The notes: generated by a model not told the origin, from the sequence alone. 64,000 nucleotides of DNA from Antedon mediterranea (GCF_964355755.1 NC_092670.1:8298201-8362200), one strand, 5' to 3'; counted from the stretch's first letter, positions 10,429-23,832 are shown. Numbers and translations: made by a program.

Positions 10429-13400
10429 ATGAAATATAAATGTGAACACTGTGGAGTTAAGTTGGAATTCAGTGACTTGAAAGAGCATTTAGGATTATAC
10501 AATCATTCTAAAGAAATAAAATGTGAGCTCTGTGAAGATACAATTGACAAGTGTAAGCTACATAACCAGACACCATATGAATGTGATCATGAGGAGGAAG
10601 GAAATCGGAATTTGAAAAAACATTTGAGGACAAACACAGGAGAGACACCATATGAATGTGAGCATGAGAAGGAAGGAAATAGGAATTTGAAAAAACATTT
10701 GAGCACAAACATAGGAGAGACACCATATGAATGTGAGCATGAGAAGGAAGGAAATAGGAATTTGAAAAAACATTTGAGCACAAACACAGGAGAGACACCA
10801 TATGAATGTGAACATGAGAAGGAAGGAAATCGGAATTTGAAAAAACATTTGAGCACAAACATAGGAGAGACACCATATGAATGTGAGCATGAGAAGGAAG
10901 GAAATAGGAATTTGAAAAAACATTTGAGCACAAACACAGGAGAGACACCATATGAATGTGAGCATGAGAAGGAAGGAAATAGGAATTTGAAAAAACATTT
11001 GAGCACAAACATAGGAGAGACACCATATGAATGTGAGCATGAGAAGGAAGGAAATAGGAATTTGAAAAAACATTTGAGCACAAACATAGGAGAGACACCA
11101 TATGAATGTGAGCATGAGAATGAAGGAAATCGGAATTTGAAAAAACATTTGAGCACAAACATAGGAGAGACACCATATGAATGTGAGCATGAGAAGGAAG
11201 GAAATAGGAATTTGAAAAAACATTTGAGCACAAACACAGGAGAGACACCATATGAATGTGAACATGAGAAGGAAGGAAATCGGAATTTGAAAAAACATTT
11301 TAGCACAAACACAGGAGAGACACCATATGAATGTGAGCATGAGAAGGAAGGAAATAGGAATTTGAAAAAACATTTGAGCACAAAAACAGGAGAGACACCA
11401 TATGAATGTGAGTATGAGAAGGGAGGAAATCAGACTTTGAAAAAACATTTGAGGACAAACACAGGGGAGACAACATATGAATGTGAGCATGAGAAGGAAG
11501 GAAATCGGAATTTGAAAAAACATTTGAGGACAAACACAGGAGAGACACCATGTGAATGTGAGCATGAGAAGGAAGGAAATTGGATTTTGAAAACACATTT
11601 GAGCACAAAAAACAGGAGAGACACCATATGAATGTGAACATTGTGGGAAGAAATTTAAACAAAGCTGGAATTTGAAAATGCATTTGAGAAAACACACAAG
11701 AGCGACACCATATGAAAATTGTGGTATGAAATTTAAACAAAATTTAAAGATTCTATTGAGAAAATACACAGGAGAGACACCATATGATTGTGAACATGGT
11801 GGTAAGAAATTTAAACAAAATGGAAATTGGAAAATACATTTGAGAAAACACAAAAGAGAGGCACCATATGAATGTGAACATTGTGGAATGAAATTTACAC
11901 GGAATGCTACTTTGTCAGCACATTTAAAAATACATAACACACCTTATGAATGTGAACATTGTGGGAAGAAATTTAAATGGAAGCTGACTTTGGAAACACA
12001 TTTGAGAACACACAAAAGAGAGGCATCATATGAATGTGAAAATTGTGGGAAGAAATTTAGAACAAATGTAAATTTAAAAATGCATTTAAAAATACACACA
12101 AGAGAGACACCATATGAATGTGAACATTGTGGTAAGAAATTTAAACAATATGGAAATTTGAAAATGCATTTGAGAACACACACAAGAGAGACACCATATG
12201 AACGTGAACATTGTGGTAAGAAATTTAAACAAAGTGGAAGTTTGAAGATACATTTGAGAACACACACAGGAGAGACACCATATGAATGTGAACATTGTGG
12301 TAAGAAATTTAAACAAAATGGAAGTTTGAAGATACATTTGAGAACACACACAGGAGAGACACCATATGAATGTGAACATTGTGGTAAGAAATTTAAACAA
12401 AGTGGAAATTTGAAAATGCATTTGAGAACACACACAGGAGAGACACCATATGAATGTGCACATTGTGGTAAGAAATTTAAACACAATGGGGACTTGAAAA
12501 GACATTTGAGAATACACACAGGAGAGGCACCATATGAATGTCAACATTGTGGACAGAAATTTAAACTAAGCTGGAATTTGAAAATTCATTTGAGAACACA
12601 CACAGGAGAGACACCATATGAATGTGAACATTGTGGTAAGAAATTTAAACGAAGTGGAAGTTTGAAGATACATTTGAGAACACACACAGGAGAGACACCA
12701 TATGAATGTCAACATTGTGGACAGAAATTTAAACAAATTGGAAATTTGAAAATGCATTTGAGAACACACACAGGAGAGACACCATATGAATGTCAACATT
12801 GTGAACAGAAATTTAAACAAAATGGAAATTTGAAAATACATTTGATAACACACACAGGAAAGACACCATATGAATGTGAACATTGTGGAAAGACATTTAA
12901 ACAAAATGGAAATTTGAAAAAGCATTTGAGAATACACACAGGAGAGACACCATATGAATGTCAACATTGTGGACAGAAATTTAAACTAAGCTGGAATTTG
13001 AAGATACATTTGAGAACACACACAGGAGAGACACCATATGAATGTCAACATTGTGGACAGAAATTTAAACTAAGCTGGAATTTGAAAATTCATTTGAGAA
13101 CACACACAGGAGAGACACCATATGAATGTCAACATTGTGGACAGAAATTTAAACAAAATGGAAATTTGAAAATGCATTTTAGAACACACACAGGAGAGAC
13201 ACCATATGAATGTGCACATTGTGGTAAGAAATTTAAACACAATGGGGACTTGAAAAGACATTTGAGAATACACACAAGAGAGGCACCATATGAATGTGAA
13301 CATTGTGGTAAGAAATTTAAACAAAATGGGGTTTTGAAAAGACATTTGAGAACACACACTAGAAAGGCACCATATGAATGTGAACATTGTGGAACGAAAT

Positions 13401-13462
13401 TTACACGGAATGCTACTTTGAATGCACATTTAAAAACACATAACACACCTTATGAAATTTAA
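10429..13462 (+). pseudogene. C2H2 ZF gene A, copy 1: cap finger, 14 x 75-bp degenerate repeats, 22 finger units; single +1 frameshift
   Basis: Acceptor TTTTCTTTCAG ends at 10413; ATG at 10429. ORFs 10429..11631 and 11672..13462 join if the A6 run at 11607-11612 is A5, as in the intact paralogue (~55044). Could be a homopolymer sequencing error. Confidence 0.85.
10576..11626 (+). repeat. Coding 75-bp tandem repeat x14 (YECEHEKEGNRNLKKHLSTNTGETP)
   Basis: Unit starts at 10576, 10651, ... 11551, exact 75-bp period. Confidence 0.95.
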
Positions 13463-14770
<1,308 letters not shown>

Positions 14771-15255
14771 CTGTACTGTATAAATGTTAATGTTCTGTGT
14801 GTTGCTGTTTTTTGTTTTGTTTAAAGTACACACACACTTTCAATTCTAAATGTACACTCTTTTACTTACTAGTTAGTAAATTGTTGTTATAACATTATAG
14901 TACTATGATACCTAGGACTTAATTATTGTATTATTTTAATTTACTTTATTATAACATTATGCATTTTTGGTTTTGTTTACACTTTGTTTCGTTTGTGATA
15001 TTTTGTTGGTCAAAAATTATAATAAAGCCTTTCTATGATTTATAATGTACAGTAGCCTTCCTATGTAATAAAGCCTTTCTATGATTTTTATTTCAAAGTA
15101 ACAGTTTTCTTTTATAGTCGGTTTTTGTAACAATAAAATCAAGTTTTATTCATATATATTCTAGATGCTGTATAATATACTATTTTCTTTGTGTATATTT
15201 GTAAACACATGGCGACACAACAAGGGATAGATAGATAGTAGTTTGTATTTTATAT

Positions 15256-15383
15256 TTTTAGTCGCGTGGACGTGACTCTATAGTTCACTATGTCGGTCGG
15301 TCGGTCTGTCTAACTCTTCCCTGGTCTGTCGGTCCGGTATCACTATGCGTTTTAGCACGCGACTTATTGCTGTTGGCCTTGTT
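15256..15383 (+). mobile_element. Short HINE/DINE-1-like element
   Basis: TTTTAGTCGCGTGGACGTGACT 5' palindrome, GTCG/GTCT microsatellite, 3' CACGCGACT repeat, ends TTGGCCTTGTT. Confidence 0.75.
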
Positions 15384-15794
15384 ATGTTGAAGTTGAGGTA
15401 TTGAGCAGAGGTACACTATAGGTTATGTTTTGGAAAAAAAAGTACTGTAGTTATATTATAGATAACTGATTTTGCTGCAGTTTTGCAATCGATCAGAATA
15501 TTCCAAACTTAATGTTGTTACGTGTTGTCAAAAGAATTGACACAACAATGTAACACTCTGAATCCAGAGGGTAACAACTCTCTTCTAAATCCAATTATTT
15601 AATTAAAGTGGACTTTCAATACAATTCTGCATAATTGGCGTTATACAAACTACTGTAAAGGCAGTAACGATCCACTATTGAGCTCTAGATAAAGCCTTTC
15701 CCCACCCACTATACACAATGGTAGAGTGGGTCGGTTATAATGTCTCGGGTCGTTACTCAACAAGTACTCACTTGCTTACGGCATCTAAATATAT

Positions 15795-15957
15795 AATTCA
15801 ATTTGCATAATCATACTCTCAACCAATCAAATACCGTAAATAAGTACTTTTCTGCCAGTCTATGATCCTATTTATTGCTGAGGAATTCCATTCAGTTGTA
15901 TACAGTGGCAGCGAGAGAACGACTAAGGAAGACGATAATTATCATTGAGGTATAGGT
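15795..15957 (+). promoter_or_regulatory. Putative promoter and non-coding first exon of ZF gene B1
   Basis: Octamer ATTTGCAT (15801) and CCAAT (15823), followed by a block ending at a donor-like GAG|GT. The same arrangement precedes B2, B3 and the divergent gene D (42182-42302). Confidence 0.45.
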
Positions 15958-16655
15958 ACACGTTCCTAAATTGAAATATTGATTTGAATGTTTGAATTAC
16001 CTCCGCCAAACAAAATGGCGAGAGCTGGTGAGACAATCGGCATGTGTGTTTCTTATAATTGTTAGCAGGATTACTAAAAAATGTATTGCCGATTTTCATA
16101 AGATTTTAAAGGATAGGCTCATAGCTGTATGGGAACGCGTTATTCAATTTCATATGACCAGTAGGTCAAATATCAAGCTAACCATAGCAATGGAAAGTTA
16201 CACCATAGGGATTTTCATTCCTTATTACGTATTTGTTGATATGTGGCATTGGCCCCCGCAATTAACACTCTAAATATAACCTATATTTTGTTGGTAATGT
16301 ATTGTATAGGGCTTGGTTCTATTTGATACGGCTTGGTAATTAGGAGGACCCCGATTTCTGTTTCTTTCCCAAAAAAATAGTAGGCCTAAATGCCTTAAAA
16401 TAACGCAAGCTAATATCACAAAATAATCCGTTAGCATTAGGCCTCAGTACTCTAATGAAATAAAAACTTTATACACGACATTAAAGTCGAATACGTCAAT
16501 TTTAAATTCTTTGACATTATTCTGTTACAAAACTACTGTATGTACATAAGTTTGTTTTGCAATATAGTGTAGCTAACATGAATAGTACTACTAAGTATAG
16601 CCTGGAGGAAGTAGAATTATAGTTTTGACAATTGTATTTTTTTATAGATTTATTG

Positions 16656-17737
16656 ATGAATGAATACGACTTCAACAAAGAAGAATTTAACAGTGTAAAT
16701 ACCAACATGAAATGCAAATGTGAAAACTGTGGATATGAATTTGAGTTCAGAGATTTGAAAGAACATTTAGAAATACACGTACATAGTAAAGAGTTTAAAT
16801 GTGAAAACTTTGAGGATTTTCTGCTAAATGACCAAACACCATATTATGACTTTGAACATTGTAGGCCTAGAATTGAAGAAAGTAAACATTTTGGACTACC
16901 CATTGCCAATGAATTTGAACATTGTCGAAATGACGAAAGTGAGAATTCGGGAAGCACTGCCGTAGAAGCTTCGTATGAATTTGAACATTGTCGAAATGAA
17001 GAAAATGAGAATTTGCGAAACACTTCTGAGGAAACTTCGTAGAATGAATCTAATGAAAATTGTGGAACTGAAGAAAGTGGTGATTTGAGAATTCACACCT
17101 CCGAGGAAACTTTGTTTGGTTGTGAAAATTGTGGGAAACAATTTAATAAAAGTGATGATTTAAAAAAACATTTTAAAATTCACACAAGAAAGACACAACA
17201 TGAATGTGAACCTTGTGGGAAGACATTTAAACCGAATACGAATTTGAAGGAGAAGCACCATTTGAATGTGAACACTGTGGGAAGAATTTTAAAGAAAGGG
17301 GGAATTTAAGCAAATATTTCCGGATGCATACAGGAGAGAAACCATATGAATGTGAACATTGCGGTAAGAAATTTAAACAAAATGGAAGTTTGAAGATACA
17401 CTTGAGAAAACACACAGGAGTGACACCATATGAATGTGAACATTGTGGTAAGAAATTTAAACACAATGGAAATTTGAAGATACATTTGAGAACACACACA
17501 GGAGAGACACCATATGAATGTGAACATTGTGGACAGAAATTTAAACACAATGGAAGTTTGAAGATACATTTGAGAACAGACACAGGAGAGACACCATATG
17601 AATGTGACCATTGTGGACAGAAATTTAAACAAAATGAACATTTGAAAAAGCATTTGAGAACACACACAGGAGAGACACCATATGGATGTGAACATTGTGG
17701 TAAGAAATTTAAACTAAGGTGGAATTTGAAAATGCAT
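16656..17737 (+). pseudogene. C2H2 ZF gene B, copy 1 (disrupted, chimeric, 3'-truncated)
   Basis: Acceptor TTTATAG ends at 16647. Premature TAG at 17040 (TAT in B3) and ~22-nt deletion at ~17249. From ~17350 the fingers are A-type. Breaks mid-finger at 17737 into repeat DNA. Confidence 0.85.
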
Positions 17738-17819
17738 GGTTACATTTTGAAGGGTCAGGGTCAAAGATCAAGGTCCACAAAAAACCAGAACAAAAAAAGA
17801 AATAAAAAAATAATAATAA

Positions 17820-19395
17820 CTAGAATTTAATTCGTCACTTTGACGAATTATAGGTGATCATTTTTATCATTTGATTGACATTAATATTTTTAAACATGCA
17901 CTTAATATGTTAACATACTGTACAATCGGAAAACGTTGATGTATGCCATCCTATCTTATAGTGCTGAGTTGTGCCTGTTATATGCCATATACAATATGTA
18001 CAGTATATACTGTATATCTATATACAGTGTAGCATAGGTGAAATTACGGGACACACATCATGTTCTAATTTTTTGGTATGATGGAATTATTAAAATAAAC
18101 TCAACTAAAAGTTAACAATTTCGAAAGATAATGAATTGAGCAAATAAATATAAGAATTGGAAGAGAATTTGGCACGTAGAAGCGCAATGCGCGCTTTTTG
18201 AAATTTGTATAACTTTGACTAAAGAAATTTAAAAACTACTTTTTAACTTCAACTGGCCATATGATAACATCGCAACACCCGATTATTATTTATTTTATAT
18301 GAATTCATATCTACATTTCATCAGCTTTCATAAAAAGTTATAATATTCAAGGTCACCTTTAATTCTAAAGAGCTGTAACATATTCAAATGTATGGTGTAG
18401 GTGAAATTACACGTCCTAAGTTATTCAACTTTTTACGCGTAATGACGTCATCAAAATGAAAACGCTAACCACTATTGGAAAGATAAATAATTAAGCAAGC
18501 ATATACTGAAATTTGTGCAAAATTCGAGCACAAATAACCGAGATACGCTCTGTTGAATGTGATAATCTACACAAAAAGATAAAAAATCCAAATGTTTTAA
18601 TTCAAGTGGCCTTTTGATGTCAAAACATTTTGTACGTCAAATGTGTACATGAATTCATATCTACAACTCAATGGCTTCCTGAATAAGTTAAAAAAAAAAT
18701 TGGGTCATCTTGCATTCTGAAGAGTTATTTTCATTTTAAAAAAGACCTATTTTTCACCATTTTCAGAACTTTTGTGAAATTAATGTGCGCATTTTGTCAT
18801 TTTTAACGTGCTCGTATAACGTTATTTTAAGATGGAATGACTCAAAATCGGTGAATGTACTAAGAGTTATGAGTAGAATGTAATTTATACATCAAATTTT
18901 ATATTTTCTATGCCTTTTAAGAATTGCGCGCATAAAACGTATTTTTTGCGCAGTAATTTTTTGAAACACGCAAATGGCCTAATTCATGCTCTAAATTGAT
19001 CAAAACTTAATGTTGAGCTTTTTAAATTTTTAACGCGAGATTTCACACGCATGACGACCTTGAAAGGCGCGCGTTTTTATTTGCTAATATCTTTACTCTT
19101 GACCTGAAGTTTACGTGTAGTGAATTTCATTGATATGTGATAATGAATTATGGAGATATGATTGATAGTGTGATTTCACAAAATCGCGTATTATTAACGT
19201 CACGGTTGAGTGATCACACTGAAAAGCTTATTATGGTTACGTTAAAGTATTTAAAAGACATTGTAAAATGTTTGTGATCATTGCTATTTTACTTTTTTAG
19301 ATAATTGACACAAAAAGTTTACAGAAAGAAGAATAATAACAACATTGACAACAATAACAATAAATATTTCGTACAATAACAATAGGTGATCATTT
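17820..19395 (-). mobile_element. Helentron/HINE-like element
   Basis: CTAG end next to hairpin AATTCGTCA-CTT-TGACGAATT; ATAGGTGATCATTT repeated near both ends. Partial diverged copy at 33823..34260. Confidence 0.55.
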
Positions 19396-19399
19396 ATTC

Positions 19400-19613
19400 T
19401 ATAAAAAAAAATAAGCTCAGTGGGACTTCAACCAGCGATCTCAACTGTGAGAGGCTAGATACATAACCATTACACCAAACTGTAGTGTGCAGTTAGCCTA
19501 TTTACACTTAGAACTAATAAAAAAATTTAAAAAATATATATATTCCGGTAAAATTTTATGTAGGGGAATTTTACAGTAGGCGGAGGTTTGTACTCTCGGA
19601 GTACCCTCTAGTT
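19400..19613 (+). mobile_element. 3' end of a HINE-like element containing a tRNA-like segment
   Basis: Ends TACAGTAGGCGGAGGTTTGTACTCTCGGAGTACCCTCTAGTT; inverted homologue begins at 63648. Minus strand 19414-19482 has A-box TGGTGTAATGG and B-box-like GGTTGAAGTCCC. Confidence 0.6.
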
Positions 19614-19754
19614 ATCATTATTACGTAGGTACATGTTCCAAAACTGAAATATTGATTCTATACTTTGTTTGTATACAATGTTTTAATTACCTCCACCAAC
19701 CAGAATGGCGAGAGCTGGTTATGAGACAATCGATTTTTGGTAATTTACTATTTA

Positions 19755-21051
19755 CTAGATGGTACGTTCGCTTCGCTCGCGTACCATCTAGGTCGTGCCC
19801 ACAGCTGGTTCTCGAATACACAGTAATTTCAGCGTAACAAAACTGGCGATTTCAAATGTACTATTGTTTACAGAAACGAATAAATAGACACGATGATTTA
19901 TGTAGTCAACAAAAATTAGCACCATGGGAATTACTTCCGAGGAGAAATTTATTACAAAATGAGTCCAAATTTTTGATTTGAACTCATTTAAAGAAACCCA
20001 ATTTGTGTTTTGTATGTAACATTAGGTTTGAGGGATGGGAAAGCGGATAAAGAGGAACAATTTTTAAATATATTCTTTATCCACTCAGTAACGAAATATT
20101 TTGTTCATGTTTTATAGGCCTATAAATAATATACCTCTAAATACAGTAACGCATTTGCGATTTAATACTTTGTTAAAACTGTCACTGTTATAATCGATTG
20201 AAATATTAAAGTACATGTCACGATACACCACTACGACGTTTATATTATTGGTAATTATTAATTAATAATTAATACAAACGTTGAGAGGGAACTGTCAGTA
20301 TAAAGCTTATTTGTATACAATAATGTGTTTATATATCTAACAGTGAAGCCTAACCACAATCTCAGTAATAAAGTTTATTTGTATATATTTTTATATTACA
20401 TCTAACAGTACGAACATTCACAGTAAGAAATGTTCGATTCAAATGAAAAATAGTTAATAGGTATTTACAGTATTGTCAAAGTATTGCAAGTTTATTCTCA
20501 AAGGGCCCATATATTTACCTACCATATGTGTTAAACCAAGGGCTCATAAATCTACCTACTTGTGTTAAACCAAACTCTGGCAGACTTAGAGATTGGGATG
20601 TTCCATTCATCGCAAATCAATACATTTGTATAATCGTATATTAAATCTATCAAAATAGTATATTTTAAAGAAAATCGGCCTGTCTTCAACATTATGATGC
20701 TGTACTCTTAGCTGTTCAACTGGTTTTCAGCTAATAAAAACAATTATCGTAGGAGGAGATAGGAAAATGCGAAGCCTCCTCGCATTTTTGTGGCGGGTAT
20801 TTTTCAAGATGGACATCCATTAGACAGTGTATACCACGATCGGAAAACACCCCTATTTGGGGCAAATCGTTGAACCTAAATTCGTTTTAATCGTCAATAA
20901 CTAATTATCTAACTTAATTTAATTAGTAAACAGGGTTACATCATGTGGTTAAAATTAGTACCGAAAGTACGAACCAACTTTACATACCATCGAGTAAAAA
21001 TTCTAGAAGTAAGGCGCGATTTACCGAATTTTGCCCTTACGTAAATTTAGA
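19755..21051 (-). mobile_element. Non-autonomous Helitron, copy 1
   Basis: Minus strand 5'-TC...hairpin...CTAG-3' between host A and T, with no TSD. Reverse complement of 51575..53061 over its length. Confidence 0.9.
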
Positions 21052-21210
21052 TAGTATATGGCTTGGTTATAATTGATACGGCTTGGTAATTAGGACCCCG
21101 CTTTTTCATAAACATAACAGATACGTTAACAACGCAAGCTAAGGGTTGACCCCTGATTAGGGTTTTATAAGGCCCGAAGGTGTTCCCTTAAGTTAGGGGT
21201 TACTTTATCT

Positions 21211-21310
21211 AACAAGACCATAAACATGGCTGCAGTCGCGTGCTCAAATTTTGAGTTAGTGTTTACCGACCATCCGACATAGTGAGCTGTAGAGTCGCAC
21301 GCGACTAAAA
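21211..21310 (-). mobile_element. Short HINE/DINE-1-like element
   Basis: Inverted relative of 15256..15383 (AACAAG...AGTCGCGTGCT...CCGACATAGTGAG...GCGACTAAAA). Confidence 0.65.
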
Positions 21311-21354
21311 TCTCAGTTGCAGTAAATTTTCTCTAAAACTTTATTTTTTTTTAG

Positions 21355-21710
21355 ATTTATGTGAAGAAACGACATCTTAATTGATGAATGAATACGAAAA
21401 TAGATTGTAACAGCATGAAATGTGAACACTGTGGATATAAATTTGAGTTAACGGAATTGAAGGTAGATTGAGGAACACGTACATTTTAAAGAGTTAAAGA
21501 AAGAAATCTTGAGGATTTTCTGCTGAATGGCCAGAAACCATATGATTTTGAAATTGAAGAAAGTTATTATTTCGGACTACTACTACAACTACTACTACTA
21601 CGACAAATCTGAACATCAACAATTATGAAAGTGAGAATTTGGGAAACACTGCCGAAGAAACACACTTCGTATGAATCTGAACATTGTGGGAAAATATTTA
21701 ACAAAATGTC
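21355..21710 (+). pseudogene. 5' fragment of a B/D-type ZF gene
   Basis: Acceptor TTTTTTAG; CAGCATG at 21415; MKCEHCGYKFELTELK then stop and frameshifts. Flanks 19613-19754 and 21052-21140 match sequence upstream of gene B. Confidence 0.75.
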
Positions 21711-23216
21711 AAGATGGTCTAAGAATGTTTTTTTTCTCAAAAGGAAACATTTAATCTCAGACAAGAAAAAATTATCGTATCTGTGATGTTGATATTTTAC
21801 GTAAATGTTGTTTAACCTTTAGGCATATATTTAAACAAGTTACGGTGCTCAGCGATGATGTATAAAAAGAGGGGTGACCCATTTCCCAATAGTTTGATTT
21901 GCCTCCGCACTTTTTCGCTAGAAATTTCCTAAAACCAGAAACGATAGCGACATTTAAACAACATTTTTCTCAATTTGAAGATGTTGTCATTTTGGAACCT
22001 GAATGGAAGTAAATTATGAGTTCGTTATCTCCTCTTTATCGACAGGAAATCCTTTATGTACCGTTCGTTCATTCTATCCTTAATCCGCGAGACGCTGTCT
22101 TTGGTGGAAGAACAAAATGCGGCGCGATTATTCTACGAGGCTAGCATAGCAAAGATCATTACGTAGATTTCACAAGCCTCTATCCGTACTGCAATAATAC
22201 GGAACATATCCCGTTGTTGGTCACCCCGAGATTTTGGCATAAAAAACATATCGACCGATATTATTGCCTAATTAAATGCATAAAACCGCACGAACATTTG
22301 TTACATCCTGCATTACCATACAGGACCAATGGTAAACTTGTGTTTTCGTTATACCGCACCTGCGTAGAAAACTAATGTGTCAAGAAAGACGTAGAGATGG
22401 GATATAACCTAACCAAAGGTCATGCAATCCTCTAACCAGTATATTACCACTTTTTAAAAAAGAACCTTCAGGGTGGCCTGAGGTGTATCTCTGACGATGA
22501 CAAGCAGAAATATATCAGTATGAAGAAAATGAGGGAAAGAAATTAAATAAATTAATTAATTTATTAAATTAAAATAGATGAAACTGTATATAACGCTGGA
22601 TTAAAAGCTTTGGCTAAACTTATGTTAAATTGTTGAGGATAGTTTGGTCAGAAAGAAAATCAAGCTAAAACCACAATCACTAATGATGCAAAATGAAGTG
22701 TACGACCTTCTATCCACACCTGAAGTTATTGATTATAATGATGTTACCCTAATTAATGCCAACTTGGTAGAAGTTAAGTATGAAATTCAATAAAAAAGCG
22801 TCACAGAAATAAGAAAGTAAACATAGCTATTGCCGCTCGTTTCTAACATTACTAACCTTGGTGAATGGCAACCACCAATTGGAGATTATCTCGGTGAAGT
22901 AAAAAATGAAATTAATCAGAAAGATGGCCAGTTTTATTTCATGTTGTGTCCGGAGATACAAAAAATTACGTATACAAATCGGGTAAAAAAAAGTTAAATG
23001 ACAAACATTCTCAATAATTCAGTGCATTTTTATTAGTTCCATTGTTAGGAGTGTTGGACCAAATAAAATATCTACATCTGATTTAAACTGTATAACCCGA
23101 AAACCAAAGTCAAGAAAAATAGTTAATGAATCATCCACTAAAGATTATTTATAGATTTGTGTATGATAAACTCAAATAGGCCTAATTGATATTACTGTAC
23201 CGTACCATACGGCTAT
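21710..23216 (+). pseudogene. Decayed protein-primed family B DNA polymerase (Polinton/Maverick/adintovirus-type)
   Basis: Collinear motifs across frameshifts: DVDILRKCCLTFR (21785), NFLKPETIA, NPRDAVFGGRT (22082), YVDFTSLYP (22160), GHPEI, HPALPYRTNGKLVF (22304), SGWP (22468), NAGLKALAKLMLNC*G*FGQ (22592), GDYLGE (22881), KNY (22961), VYDK (23159), TVPYGY (23199). No YxDTDS motif found. Confidence 0.85.
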
Positions 23217-23832
23217 GTTTGATAAACTGCATGTTTTTGCTTCACATTCTTATGTTATCTCCGGAATATAATTTGTATAGGCCTACATATGTTTTTTTTT
23301 CACATTTTTTCTTTACGATTATTTAACGATCGTTTTACGATTATTTAACGTACGGTAGTTAAAGACTGTATATTTTCATCGGTAAGAATTCCAATTTGTT
23401 CTGTAGTTTTAGTAGGCCTAATTCGTTTTTAAATACTATTTTGTGTAATATTCTTGTAAATAAGAGAATTTATTTTTTGTAACGATTTTGTAAATATTAT
23501 AACATTTTTGTAACATTTATTTATCTTTTTGTAACTAAATATACTGAAATAAAATAAATTGTTACGTATATTTCATCTTTATTTAGTGTGTCGATTAACT
23601 TCAAAAACAAAACTTACTCTCTTAAATTCATCGATTGGGATTTTCAATCGTCTTACCTTTGATGATTAAACCCAAACTTTTTAGACTGAATATTGTATCC
23701 ATGACCGTGAAATACGCTCCAGTTGAAAATAAAGTTTCAACTGATAGAAAGTTTGATTACAACATCCAAATATTGTGATGTGTGACCGCGTGGACATGCA
23801 AACAAGTTTGTCCAATACCTCAAATGCATTAA

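Noticed and set aside
11600-11640. Programmed ribosomal frameshift joining the two A1 ORFs
   Set aside because: The paralogue A3 is in frame with A5 and no stimulatory structure is apparent; mutation or sequencing error is simpler.
15997-16033. Micro first exon ATGGCGAGAGCTG|GTGAG in phase with the B1 acceptor
   Set aside because: It overlaps TACCTCCGCCA...TGGCGAGAG, which resembles the palindromic end of the GGCGGAGGT HINE family, and it is absent from B2 and B3. A conserved CAACATG start already exists downstream.
19414-19482. Functional tRNA gene
   Set aside because: The B-box is imperfect, I could not fold a convincing cloverleaf, and it lies inside a repeat family.
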